Shown here in pieces: positions 36,036 to 45,150 of a DNA stretch of 64,000 nt. Each line of letters begins with the position of its first letter. Within the stretch, counting starts at the first letter, position 1. The position numbers and the translations under genes were made by a program. A model generated the notes under the pieces. The model did not search any database, was not told where the DNA came from, and saw only the letters and a program-made list of their open reading frames with translations. Location: IMG/VR virus record IMGVR_UViG_3300047375_000738, one strand, 5' to 3'. Source of the DNA: a virus. Taxonomy: Duplodnaviria; Caudoviricetes.

Positions 36036-37030
36036 TACATATTGTCCGCATATTTTTTTATTTTTAATATTTTTTCTTTATGTCGTTGTGCTTCTGGGCA
36101 GAACACGTAATCTTCACTAGTTAAAATACTAGGTAATTGTAATCTTTTTACCTTGTCTAAGAATATAGTTTGATTATACTTAGCAGTTTCTATAGTTGAT
36201 TTAAACATGTTTATTTTCAGGTTTTTTATTTGTTTTACTATTGCTTCAGTTCGTGCTTCTATAGTTGGTAATTTATCAAAAGAATAATCAAATACATCTG
36301 TATATAATTTATATCCTTCGTCTTCTATTTTTTTATGTATGTTTTGGCATCCTACAATAATAAAAGGTTGGGCATGTAGTAAACAACTGTATGTTTTTTC
36401 TGTAAGTAAACTAGTATCTTTTGCCTCAATATCATAATAACTTTCTGTAATAATATTAAAACAAGACTTGTACCATGTGCTAATAGGCGGCGGTGGGTTA
36501 TCTTCTATATTCCATATTAAACTGTCATCATGACTATCACTAGGAAACCATTTGTGAATGTTATTGTGCCAGGATTTATTAAATTTAAATTTTTGTGAAT
36601 CTTTTATGTATTTAATTGTTAAATGGTCTTCATTAGGTCCTGAGTCTTCTGCATAACTTACAAGACCTTTTGATAATAGTCTTTGTCTATACAAAAGATT
36701 CATTAACAAATCTCGATGATAACCTAATGACTTTTGTTGACTAAAATACAAGTGTGTAGGTGATTGTCTTTGTTGTACTAATGGTTGGATACTAAGTAGC
36801 ATATCAAATTCAGGCCAAGTTATGTGATAATCCTTTGTGCCGACATATGGATCTGAATGATTGCAATGCCAAAAATATTTACAATTATTATCTGTTATTG
36901 CACCCTGTAAATCTTTAATATTACGACCTTCTTCTGAATAGTATAAAAAGTGCTGTTCTGTAGGAGCATAGATCTGTTTTAAGTCAGACTCAATGACTCC
37001 ATCTTTGTCAGCACCATATACTACTTTCAT
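36035..37030 (-). CDS. Putative glycosyltransferase-like protein (paralog family A)
   Basis: FNIITESYY...LLTEKTY...QPF...FDYSFD; tandem paralog of the previous gene. Confidence 0.55.
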   Translation of the reverse strand: MKVVYGADKDGVIESDLKQIYAPTEQHFLYYSEEGRNIKDLQGAITDNNCKYFWHCNHSDPYVGTKDYHITWPEFDMLLSIQPLVQQRQSPTHLYFSQQKSLGYHRDLLMNLLYRQRLLSKGLVSYAEDSGPNEDHLTIKYIKDSQKFKFNKSWHNNIHKWFPSDSHDDSLIWNIEDNPPPPISTWYKSCFNIITESYYDIEAKDTSLLTEKTYSCLLHAQPFIIVGCQNIHKKIEDEGYKLYTDVFDYSFDKLPTIEARTEAIVKQIKNLKINMFKSTIETAKYNQTIFLDKVKRLQLPSILTSEDYVFCPEAQRHKEKILKIKKYADNM

Positions 37031-37530
37031 CTATCAAAAGCAGTAACTTGCATTGTAAAACGATGTTCAATTCCCATATTGTATGCAGCATGTGGCGCAC
37101 TACCTGTCCAGCTAATCCAGTCGCCATTTTTCCAATCACACAAGCATGTATCTTCTACGTGGAAATAATGACCTAGTTTGCAATCTTCTAAAAATACAAT
37201 ATAACGTGTAATAGTGTTTACATCTGTAATATTATGCATCTTCATAAAGTTTGCATACATATCTTTGTGTAAAGGAAGAATGTTAGCAGGCGGCGTTCTG
37301 TAAATTGCAACCTCAAAGTGATCGTGGTCTGGTAGCTGCTCAACTACACCTTTCCAAAATTCAGGCATAATGTCTTTAGGACCTACATATACATCATTAT
37401 TGATAATAACTTTATAAGGATCGTGTCCATATTTGATATATTCATCGCCTCCATAGCCTCCTGCACTTTCGTATGGTAAACTATAAAATTGTTGTCCTTG
37501 CCAACATGGTTCAATATGTCCTTGTTTCAT
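37027..37530 (-). CDS. Cupin / Fe(II)-2OG oxygenase-like protein
   Basis: LPLHKDMY (HxD) ... APHAAYN; resembles 20422-21036. Confidence 0.65.
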   Translation of the reverse strand: MKQGHIEPCWQGQQFYSLPYESAGGYGGDEYIKYGHDPYKVIINNDVYVGPKDIMPEFWKGVVEQLPDHDHFEVAIYRTPPANILPLHKDMYANFMKMHNITDVNTITRYIVFLEDCKLGHYFHVEDTCLCDWKNGDWISWTGSAPHAAYNMGIEHRFTMQVTAFDR

Positions 37531-37544
37531 GTATTTTTCCTTTA

Positions 37545-38444
37545 TTAGCTATCAGAGTATTTAGTTGGGGCTCTGACCTTCTTAACATCATTATTGGTTA
37601 TTGTAGTATACTTAGGCTCTATAGGACACAACGAGCATTGTTTGATTGCATCTGATGTTAGCCTTGATACTTTGTGTGATATATTTTTATCGCTATGCTC
37701 TAATGGTTTGTATTTTTTTATTAGTTTTTCAGCACTAGGTTCTATTGCATATTTTTTAACAAGTGCCTGTGCTCCAACTAATGTTCCGCATTTGTAAAGT
37801 TTGCCTTTGTAAATATAATGACAATCGTTAATGTCGCAAGCATTGTGTGCATCTTCATAATTGTTTTTATAAAAATTAATTTGATTGTTGTTATGATCTT
37901 TTGATCCCCATTGATAAAAATCAAACTCTTCAGCTATCATAGCAACTACACGACCGTCTTGTACATAAAATACAGTGTAATCAGTTTTATAATATTTTGG
38001 AACATTTGTTAATTCTGCACTAGTAACTTTTGTTATATTTTTGTTACCAATAACTGATTCAATGTCTCGTTCAGCTTTTGCAAAATGTTCTGGTGTATGT
38101 GCATTTACTTCGACAACAATACCTGCGTTCCACCATTCAACGAGATTATGTTTCCACTTATCTATAAGAAGTCCGTTTGTACATATTTTAAAATCTTTGC
38201 AATACGGAAATATTGAACGTAATCCTATAGCCCAATTGTGTAAATCTGGATTGCTCATAGGCTCGCCGCCGATGATGCTCATATCAATTGGATCTAATAT
38301 TTTACTCCATGCTATAGAATCGTTTTTGTAGTCTTCAAAAAGATCGTGTCCAGAAATGTTATAGTTATTAAAACTCAAACACCCTGGACACGCTAGATTA
38401 CAAGTATGACTAATATAAAATTGTACTACACCCAGTGAAAACAT
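37545..38444 (-). CDS. Radical SAM protein with C-terminal Cys cluster
   Basis: CNLACPGC, IIGGEP, TNG; C...CHY...KC...CSLC. Confidence 0.88.
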   Translation of the reverse strand: MFSLGVVQFYISHTCNLACPGCLSFNNYNISGHDLFEDYKNDSIAWSKILDPIDMSIIGGEPMSNPDLHNWAIGLRSIFPYCKDFKICTNGLLIDKWKHNLVEWWNAGIVVEVNAHTPEHFAKAERDIESVIGNKNITKVTSAELTNVPKYYKTDYTVFYVQDGRVVAMIAEEFDFYQWGSKDHNNNQINFYKNNYEDAHNACDINDCHYIYKGKLYKCGTLVGAQALVKKYAIEPSAEKLIKKYKPLEHSDKNISHKVSRLTSDAIKQCSLCPIEPKYTTITNNDVKKVRAPTKYSDS

Positions 38445-38447
38445 TTA

Positions 38448-38714
38448 TTATGCGTCACTGTCATACCCAGTTGTTGCAACAATAGTTTCGAGGTCTTCAA
38501 ACTCGTCTTGTACACGACTCCAGTCACGTTTTTGTGCTACTTTGATTGCTTTATTAATAAGAGAAGGTTTTACATTTAGTTCTTCTGCTACTGCTTTTAC
38601 GGTTTCTTTTAGTCCACCTTGTAGATCTTCAATTTCTTGTAGAACAGTTACACCTTCTTTAACTAGACGTTCTAGTTTGGCTTTTTCTTCTTGACCGTAT
38701 ACTCTGTCGCTCAT
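38448..38714 (-). CDS. Small DNA-binding protein, T4 DsbA/GapR-like
   Basis: 88 aa helical; L.E....I.DL...LKE...EELNVKP.LINKAI pattern. Confidence 0.5.
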   Translation of the reverse strand: MSDRVYGQEEKAKLERLVKEGVTVLQEIEDLQGGLKETVKAVAEELNVKPSLINKAIKVAQKRDWSRVQDEFEDLETIVATTGYDSDA

Positions 38715-38738
38715 ATATTTCTCCTATGTGTTTCTTAT

Positions 38739-38767
38739 ACTATATACGATTAGTTGCAGTTTGTCAA
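38739..38767 (-). promoter_or_regulatory. sigma70-type promoter TTGACA-N17-TATAGT
   Basis: Contains TATATACGAT in the same register as the 13.9 kb promoter. Confidence 0.8.
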
Positions 38768-39363
38768 CGAATAAATGCACCTATACGTCCGTGTACATCA
38801 GGATAATCTTTATATGAATATCCAGTTGGAGGAGTTATATCTTCGCCTTCCCAGACTGGAATAAAATGATTAATATTGCCGTCAAAGTCCTCGTTGCGTC
38901 TCAAGTGTACTTCGATTAGTTTGCCACCTATAAATTCACAGTTCATCCATGGATGCTGTTTGACTAATTCGTTTAGCAATGTAGGAAACGTAAATTTCTT
39001 ATCATCTCGTTTCCAATCAGTCCATTTGGTAAATGTATCTTCGGGCTTGTGTCCTTGTACACATAGCATTTGATTACCTTCAAAATAATCTACACTATAA
39101 TGATTGCCTTCAAAGAATTCACACCAAAAATGTCCTACTGGAAGATGCATTGTTTCTTTCTCAATCCATACTTTTTGTGCGCCCAGCCCTAAGCCTAGCA
39201 TATTAACACAAGGACGTACAATATAAAAGCCCGGATGCGGAACATCGAGTCCGACCGGGCCACTATTATATTTTAATTTACGAGCAAGTATAAGTTTGTC
39301 CATTACCCAAATGTTATCTGGGTTGATACTAAGCCAAACAAAGTCCTCGGCACTGTCTTCCAT
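38764..39363 (-). CDS. Minimal ATP-grasp-like protein
   Basis: YIVRP...GLGLGA, EFFEGNHYSVD, NCEFIGGKLIEVHLR. Confidence 0.55.
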   Translation of the reverse strand: MEDSAEDFVWLSINPDNIWVMDKLILARKLKYNSGPVGLDVPHPGFYIVRPCVNMLGLGLGAQKVWIEKETMHLPVGHFWCEFFEGNHYSVDYFEGNQMLCVQGHKPEDTFTKWTDWKRDDKKFTFPTLLNELVKQHPWMNCEFIGGKLIEVHLRRNEDFDGNINHFIPVWEGEDITPPTGYSYKDYPDVHGRIGAFIR

Positions 39364-39364
39364 A

Positions 39365-40243
39365 CTACATTTTAACGCAGTTGTCTACAGTTTTGCCGCC
39401 TTTTTTCTTAGTACCCATACGCTTGTAGCCTTTCCAACATACCTTGCCGTCAACGCCTTTTTGCTTTTCTTCGGGTAGTGTAGTATAGCTTGGCTTGCCG
39501 CATTCGTTGCATGTACCTTTGGCTTCTGAAAGTTTTGAACCTAAGTTGTTTTTGTATTTTACAACATCTTTTTCATCCATTGTAAACTTGTGACTTTCGG
39601 TTGCTGCAATTGGTGATTTATCATAGTCTAGTGTGTGATACACACTGCCGATATAGTCTGCTGCTTTGGTAATTTTTGATTGCATCCAACCTTCGATGCC
39701 TTCGGCTTCACTTACACCTTTTAGAATTTCGTGTAGTTTGATTGAATACTTTGCAATTTTGTATAATTCGGCACGTGCCATTTGTACTTCGTGATCACGT
39801 TCTGCCATGTCTGCCATATCGGCAAGACCTTCTTTTACTTTATGCTTTTTGCCATCTACTTCAAATTCGTCCTTGCCTGAGTCTTTGGCTTTTTTAAGTT
39901 CTCCGGAAAACTTGTTGCCTTCTGCTGGTTCAGCTGCACGATTAGTTGAAGCATCTTTGTCTGCTTTTGCTTTACCAATTAACATTTGAATAACGTCTTG
40001 GCTCATACCTGTCATTTTAACAACATCAGACATACTCTTTGGACCAAAACTTGCTCCAAAGGATTCAAGTGATTCGCCTAGTCTTGATAATGCATTTGCC
40101 ATCATCAGTGTGTTGTCATCAGTTCCTGTCATTCTTGAACTCATGTCAATCATTTTTCTGCCTAGTGCGGCAATAGCTTTGTGCTTTGGATTGATGTTGA
40201 AGTTATCGTCTACATCACGTTCTGCAAGTTTTTTATCTGTCAT
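39365..40243 (-). CDS. Putative head-internal protein
   Basis: Late-like promoter at 40263-40270; N-terminal LAE site; C-terminal CWKGY...NC motif. Confidence 0.65.
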   Translation of the reverse strand: MTDKKLAERDVDDNFNINPKHKAIAALGRKMIDMSSRMTGTDDNTLMMANALSRLGESLESFGASFGPKSMSDVVKMTGMSQDVIQMLIGKAKADKDASTNRAAEPAEGNKFSGELKKAKDSGKDEFEVDGKKHKVKEGLADMADMAERDHEVQMARAELYKIAKYSIKLHEILKGVSEAEGIEGWMQSKITKAADYIGSVYHTLDYDKSPIAATESHKFTMDEKDVVKYKNNLGSKLSEAKGTCNECGKPSYTTLPEEKQKGVDGKVCWKGYKRMGTKKKGGKTVDNCVKM

Positions 40244-40265
40244 AGTATTCTCCGGTTACTACTAT

Positions 40266-40838
40266 TTATCTGTTTTTCTTTTTTGTTCTACGTTTTGGTG
40301 CTGCACCTCTACGTAGCATATTTCCTGGGCCGCCACCTGCAAACCCGTTTCCGGTTGCAGCAATTGCACCAGCACTTGTTGTTTCGTACATTGATTCTTC
40401 TTGATATTTGGCTACTAATGCTTCGCCTTTTCTCTCAACAAACTTTTTAAGAGCAACTGCACCTAGTATAAGTGCTACTGCCATTCCAATTTCAAATTTG
40501 TTATCAATAAGCATCTGTGCATATTCTTCACCAATTTGAGATATTACCCAATCCCAGCCTTGGTCGATATAATATGCTGCGGCTGCTCCTGCGCCAATTT
40601 TGCCACCGTGTCTTTTTAGCAGCCATTTAATAATAGGCCATGCTCCTCGTGCCGCTGCAAACTTGATTAGCCATATTGCTGCTGCAATAATTGGTGCTGC
40701 TTCGTCTAGTTGTGCTTCGCCTACTAGTTTACCTTTTAAAGGATGTTTGGTACGACCAGGCTTTGCTTTTGGCATTGGATCTTTGCCTTTGGCTTGATGC
40801 CCAGCTTTACCGCCACCTGTAATTTCGCTTATAATCAT
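40266..40838 (-). CDS. Putative head-internal protein with hydrophobic segments
   Basis: Starts MIISE; internal LDE; basic C-terminus. Confidence 0.65.
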   Translation of the reverse strand: MIISEITGGGKAGHQAKGKDPMPKAKPGRTKHPLKGKLVGEAQLDEAAPIIAAAIWLIKFAAARGAWPIIKWLLKRHGGKIGAGAAAAYYIDQGWDWVISQIGEEYAQMLIDNKFEIGMAVALILGAVALKKFVERKGEALVAKYQEESMYETTSAGAIAATGNGFAGGGPGNMLRRGAAPKRRTKKKNR

Positions 40839-41026
40839 TTGCTTCGCCTAATTGAAATAATTTTAGTCTCAGGACCATATTGTGCCATTAGTTGCTTTTT
40901 AGCTTCAATAGCATTACGTGCTTGTGCTTGCACTTTGATAGCTTGCGAGTAATACTTTTGTCTAATACGTAAATCAGCAATAAACAAATGAAATGCAGGC
41001 GCTTTAAAGGTCTCTCTTAGTCTCAT
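40835..41026 (-). CDS. Small putative head-internal protein
   Basis: Starts MRLRE; CTAAATA 5 nt upstream. Confidence 0.65.
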   Translation of the reverse strand: MRLRETFKAPAFHLFIADLRIRQKYYSQAIKVQAQARNAIEAKKQLMAQYGPETKIISIRRSK

Positions 41027-41027
41027 G

Positions 41028-41333
41028 TTAGTATTTAGTCCAATCAAATAACTTTACTTTTTCTTCAGGTTCCTCAAGCGTGTGTCCGCCTTCAATAATA
41101 GCCCATTCAGCCGCAGTATATCGCGGAGTAGTATCTTCGGTCATTCCTAAGTTAAAAAGCACATTAGTTGACTTGCCTTTTACCTTACTACTTAATGTAG
41201 GCGGCTTACCATCTTTGTCTACTTTAAAGCCTAATTTTGCTGCTTCAATACTAGTTTGATTAACACCAACATCAGGAGTAGTGTTAACACCTTTTACAAT
41301 ACGTCCATCTTCAAATAAATCGTCTATTTTCAT
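41028..41333 (-). CDS. Small putative head-internal protein
   Basis: Starts MKIDDLFE. Confidence 0.65.
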   Translation of the reverse strand: MKIDDLFEDGRIVKGVNTTPDVGVNQTSIEAAKLGFKVDKDGKPPTLSSKVKGKSTNVLFNLGMTEDTTPRYTAAEWAIIEGGHTLEEPEEKVKLFDWTKY

Positions 41334-41536
41334 TTGCGGCCTCTAAATCCTTTGCCTTGCATCTTAGGCTGACTAAACCATAGTTTAAACCATTCGTCGG
41401 TGCCTGGTTTGATATTTTGCTCACGTTCTTTCTTACGATTAGCATTTGCAGCATCGCTAAAATCTTCTAGAGTGTATTCAGTGTATCCTTTAAATTCACT
41501 GATCCCTGCTAGTTTCTTTAGATCTTCTATATTCAT
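41330..41536 (-). CDS. Small putative head-internal protein
   Basis: Starts MNIEDLKKLAGISE. Confidence 0.6.
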   Translation of the reverse strand: MNIEDLKKLAGISEFKGYTEYTLEDFSDAANANRKKEREQNIKPGTDEWFKLWFSQPKMQGKGFRGRK

Positions 41537-41627
41537 TCCAGTATGCATTTCTTTCGTTGGTACTAGCTCTACGTGCTTCGTGTTCTTTATACTTAGCTAT
41601 ATAGTGTTCTAGTTCTTCTTGGGTCAT
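41496..41627 (-). CDS. Possible 43-aa protein (not in ORF track)
   Basis: MTQEELEHYIAK...; ATGA overlap with the upstream stop. Confidence 0.45.
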   Translation of the reverse strand: MTQEELEHYIAKYKEHEARRASTNERNAYWNEYRRSKETSRDQ

Positions 41628-42910
41628 TTCTTTTTCTTACCGCTTTTCATATTAGCACACCAGTGATACATTTTAGCCTTCTCACCACTTGCGTTCTTAG
41701 CACGTTTGCGTAGTGCTGTTACACTACCATTACAACTTGCACCTGAACGTTTTACACGCCCTGGTCTGCTTTTGCCTTTTTTCTTACCGTCAGCAAAGTT
41801 TTCGCTATATGCTTTATCAGTAGCAGCCTTAGCACTAGCACCTTGTGGGTGTTTTGGATTAATACCTACAGGCTCGCCATTCATTAGTTGTGAAATATCA
41901 GCAGCTTTACCAATTTTATCTAATAGCATGTGTAACTTGTCATTAGGATCATAGTTGCCTGTTTCGTAACCTGGCTTACCACGCACTTCTGTACGTCTGC
42001 CTGTAGCAGTGTCAACAATGTTTAATACCATCATATCGGTGTCACGCTCTAACTGTAGCTTGTAACCTTCGTTAGTTTTCTTTTTAGGCTTTCCATGTTT
42101 GTTATGCTGTGCCCAAGCAATAGCATAAGGTGCACCAGGATCGTCAAACTTGCCTTTTAGTTTTTTAACTTGTTTTTCTCTGCCCGGAGGAGCTTTTTCT
42201 AATGCTTTCTTACTTTTCCAAGCATCTTTGTCACCCTTTGCTGCTGCTTTTCTTCTTGCAGCAATTTTATCTGCAACAGTTGGTTCGTCAAACTTTTCAG
42301 GCTTCTTCTTTATACTTGTACGTTTAGGGGTCTTAGTAGCAAAACCAAACACCTCAGTTACCCCCATACCTTTACGTACTGCGTCATACATTTGTTGGGC
42401 AATCTTTGGATTAGCAACACCTTGTTTAAAACTATCAAAGTCATCTGTAGCTGCTGCTGCTCTCATCTTACTTGCGCTCATACCTTCGGCGCCTTCTGCA
42501 TCTGGATCACGCTCTCCTGCACTTACAACTTGAATATCTTTAAAGTTATACTCTTTGCCATTGTACTTGTTAATAAGTGTAGTAAAATCTTGTATTCTAT
42601 CACTGCCTGCAACATATACAATACTATCATATCCCATAGCTTCAATTTTTTGTAGTGCTTGTATAATCGTTTTTACATCGCTACTGCCTACTTTAACATT
42701 TGGAAAACTTGCTTGTGCAAATTTTAATTTATCTGCAAATGCTAATGGATCTGTTTTTGGTTTTTGACTTTGTGTTACAAAAATATAAGGATCACCAGGA
42801 ATACTTGCTACTTTATCGGCTAATTTTTTATGCCCAATTGTAGGAGGGTTCATTCTTCCAAACGCAAGAACTGCTGTCTTTGATGCTTCAAATAAACTTC
42901 TTATCTTCAT
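41624..42910 (-). CDS. HIGH-class nucleotidyltransferase (cytidylyltransferase-like) with basic C-terminal extensions
   Basis: AFGRMNPPTIGH, VAGSDR, SAGERD, MSASKMR; starts MKIRSLFE. Confidence 0.8.
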   Translation of the reverse strand: MKIRSLFEASKTAVLAFGRMNPPTIGHKKLADKVASIPGDPYIFVTQSQKPKTDPLAFADKLKFAQASFPNVKVGSSDVKTIIQALQKIEAMGYDSIVYVAGSDRIQDFTTLINKYNGKEYNFKDIQVVSAGERDPDAEGAEGMSASKMRAAAATDDFDSFKQGVANPKIAQQMYDAVRKGMGVTEVFGFATKTPKRTSIKKKPEKFDEPTVADKIAARRKAAAKGDKDAWKSKKALEKAPPGREKQVKKLKGKFDDPGAPYAIAWAQHNKHGKPKKKTNEGYKLQLERDTDMMVLNIVDTATGRRTEVRGKPGYETGNYDPNDKLHMLLDKIGKAADISQLMNGEPVGINPKHPQGASAKAATDKAYSENFADGKKKGKSRPGRVKRSGASCNGSVTALRKRAKNASGEKAKMYHWCANMKSGKKKK

Positions 42911-43992
42911 GACGGTTGCCACCTTTGTCTTGGTACTAGTTTAGTTTTACTGCCTAGTGCTACATAGCCCTCACCGCCTTTTTCGCCTTTGGTGCTTTGT
43001 TTTACATCTGCAGGAGCATCATCAAGCTGTTGTATAATGTGATCCTTTGCTGTCATTATTTGTTTTACAAGACTAAAAATTGCAGGCAATGCTTTAGGAT
43101 TTTCATCACTCATTGCTTTAATTTTTGCTTGTTTGTTAGCACTTACTTTGCTACCTTGCAACCAACTAAAAAAGTTTTTGTCAAGTTGTTGTAATTGCTG
43201 TGCTCTACTGCTTTGGTTTACATATGTATAGATGATATTTTTCATATCACTTAAACCTTGTACAGGAGCAAGGAAGCTATCAATTGCACTTGCATATTTC
43301 TTTGCAAATATTCTAATAGCATCTACTTCTTTTGTATCTATTTGCGGCTGGTGTGTAACATAAGTTTGTCCTAATACAACTGCATCGCCACTGTTTAGTT
43401 CTTTTACATCGCTAAGAGGTGTACCAGTACTGTCTCCAAAGTTTTCGTAGCGTGTGTGTACTGTTACACCCACTGTACTGTTTGCTACACGCTTGCCTAG
43501 TTCGCTGTTAGGGTCAACAGTATATGTTACTAAGTTTGGTGTAAACTGTAAGCCTTCGTCAGTTTTTGTAACTGGCTTACCTGGATGATAAAGTATATCG
43601 CCGTAGATATAGCCTCTAAAGTTAGGAGGAGTTGCTGCTTCCATGACTTTAAAAATACCAGCCATTTCACTAGCAAAACGCTCACGCCACTCTTCGCCTT
43701 TACCTGTATTGGTAATAAACTTATATAAGTCTTCTGAAGAGTAGCTTTTATTTCGTCCCCAGCCGTTTTTGCCTACTAGTACAAATTTACCACTTGGCTC
43801 TCTGCCGTAATACATTGTAGGATATCCATCCCACTTGATAGCAATGTCACTACTGTCGCTGCCCATTTTACTAAGTATGTCTGTTGCTTTTTGCGCACCA
43901 GCACTGCCGTCGACAAATACTAAGTCTTCTAAGTGTTGGTACTCTCGGCCTACTTTAGCTTCAGTGAGTATTTTAAATTCACGGTAACGCAT
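42907..43992 (-). CDS. Phage protein with KWDG ligase-like motif
   Basis: QHLEDL, IKWDGYP, YGDILY, GEGYV, KLVPR; starts MRYREFKILTE. Confidence 0.6.
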   Translation of the reverse strand: MRYREFKILTEAKVGREYQHLEDLVFVDGSAGAQKATDILSKMGSDSSDIAIKWDGYPTMYYGREPSGKFVLVGKNGWGRNKSYSSEDLYKFITNTGKGEEWRERFASEMAGIFKVMEAATPPNFRGYIYGDILYHPGKPVTKTDEGLQFTPNLVTYTVDPNSELGKRVANSTVGVTVHTRYENFGDSTGTPLSDVKELNSGDAVVLGQTYVTHQPQIDTKEVDAIRIFAKKYASAIDSFLAPVQGLSDMKNIIYTYVNQSSRAQQLQQLDKNFFSWLQGSKVSANKQAKIKAMSDENPKALPAIFSLVKQIMTAKDHIIQQLDDAPADVKQSTKGEKGGEGYVALGSKTKLVPRQRWQPS

Positions 43993-44357
43993 TAGTATTC
44001 CTTGTTGCGAAAGTTTTCCTTCTCGGCATTTAAAAGCCTAGTAGCACATTCTATCTTCTCAGCATCAGTACCAATTACACGATCGTTACGTTTTGGAATC
44101 TTAAACTTGTTAACATACGATTCAACAGCCTTGTCAATCATTGGAAACATTTGTTTCTTATTAAACTTGCCGCCGTTGTTTATTGCTTTTTGTACATTAA
44201 CTAATGTTGGATACGTTTCGGTTCTATAAAAGTCTGGATCATTCTGCATGAACACAACAACATCGTCAAGTACATCAAATGGTAGCTCACCACCAACTTT
44301 GTTTTCAGGACTGTTGTCCATCATATCGTTTTCTAAGATTTCGTTGCGTTTTACCAT
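43992..44357 (-). CDS. Putative head-internal protein
   Basis: Starts MVKRNEILE. Confidence 0.65.
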   Translation of the reverse strand: MVKRNEILENDMMDNSPENKVGGELPFDVLDDVVVFMQNDPDFYRTETYPTLVNVQKAINNGGKFNKKQMFPMIDKAVESYVNKFKIPKRNDRVIGTDAEKIECATRLLNAEKENFRNKEY

Positions 44358-44360
44358 TGT

Positions 44361-44579
44361 TTAGTCCTCAAAATTCGCACGTTGTAAAAAACTTTGAATT
44401 GCATCACCATCTAAAGATGTTAGTAGCTCATGCATTACTTTTTCAATACCGTGTTTTTTAATTAGGTCGTATACCGGTTGTGTATAATACCCGCCCGCTT
44501 CGTCAACTGCTCGTTGATCTAATAGTGCTGTTAGGCGATCGCCCATTTCTCTAATTTCATCTGCGACTGTTTTTACCAT
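44361..44579 (-). CDS. Small putative head-internal protein
   Basis: Starts MVKTVADEIRE; overlaps the upstream stop. Confidence 0.6.
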   Translation of the reverse strand: MVKTVADEIREMGDRLTALLDQRAVDEAGGYYTQPVYDLIKKHGIEKVMHELLTSLDGDAIQSFLQRANFED

Positions 44580-45124
44580 TTTCTGCAACTCCAATATCTT
44601 GCTTTATGTCTTGGTCCAGGATTATCGCAGTTGTGTCTTGCTCTAAACGAACGTCTACGTGCTGGATTGCCTTTTTTAATTTTTACACCTTTTTGTCCAA
44701 AGTTAACTTTAACTACATTGCCTTTTGGATTCTTAACGTATACTTTAAACTTTTTAGTGTCACCTGCCATTGGCTTACCAAGTGCTACTTTGCGTCCTTG
44801 ATATTCGGCTTCATCAAGATAATCTGTGTTAAACCACATGTCGCCGTAGTCTTCATAAAAGTCGTCGTCATCGTCGTATGTAACTTCGTCGATTGCATCT
44901 TCATTCGACATAATTTCAATGTCAAAATCTTTGTGACCATTTTCAAACATAAGATCGGCTAAACGCTGTGCGTATTCGTCTGCTTCTGACTCACTAAGCT
45001 CACGTGGCAGAGGCAATTCAACATAAGTGTTTTCTACTGCTTCATAAATGTTTTGTTCTGTAAAAATACTTTCGTCTAATTTGACTTGAGTCTTTTCCAT
45101 TACTAATCTTACAAAATGTTCCAT
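44573..45124 (-). CDS. Putative head-internal protein: acidic N-terminus, basic C-terminal domain
   Basis: Several LDE/IYE/IDE sites; YLDE|AEYQGRKV...RARHNCD...YWSC; GATAAATA at 45152-45159. Confidence 0.7.
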   Translation of the reverse strand: MEHFVRLVMEKTQVKLDESIFTEQNIYEAVENTYVELPLPRELSESEADEYAQRLADLMFENGHKDFDIEIMSNEDAIDEVTYDDDDDFYEDYGDMWFNTDYLDEAEYQGRKVALGKPMAGDTKKFKVYVKNPKGNVVKVNFGQKGVKIKKGNPARRRSFRARHNCDNPGPRHKARYWSCRKW

Positions 45125-45150
45125 GATGTATCCTTATAGGTTTATTAATA

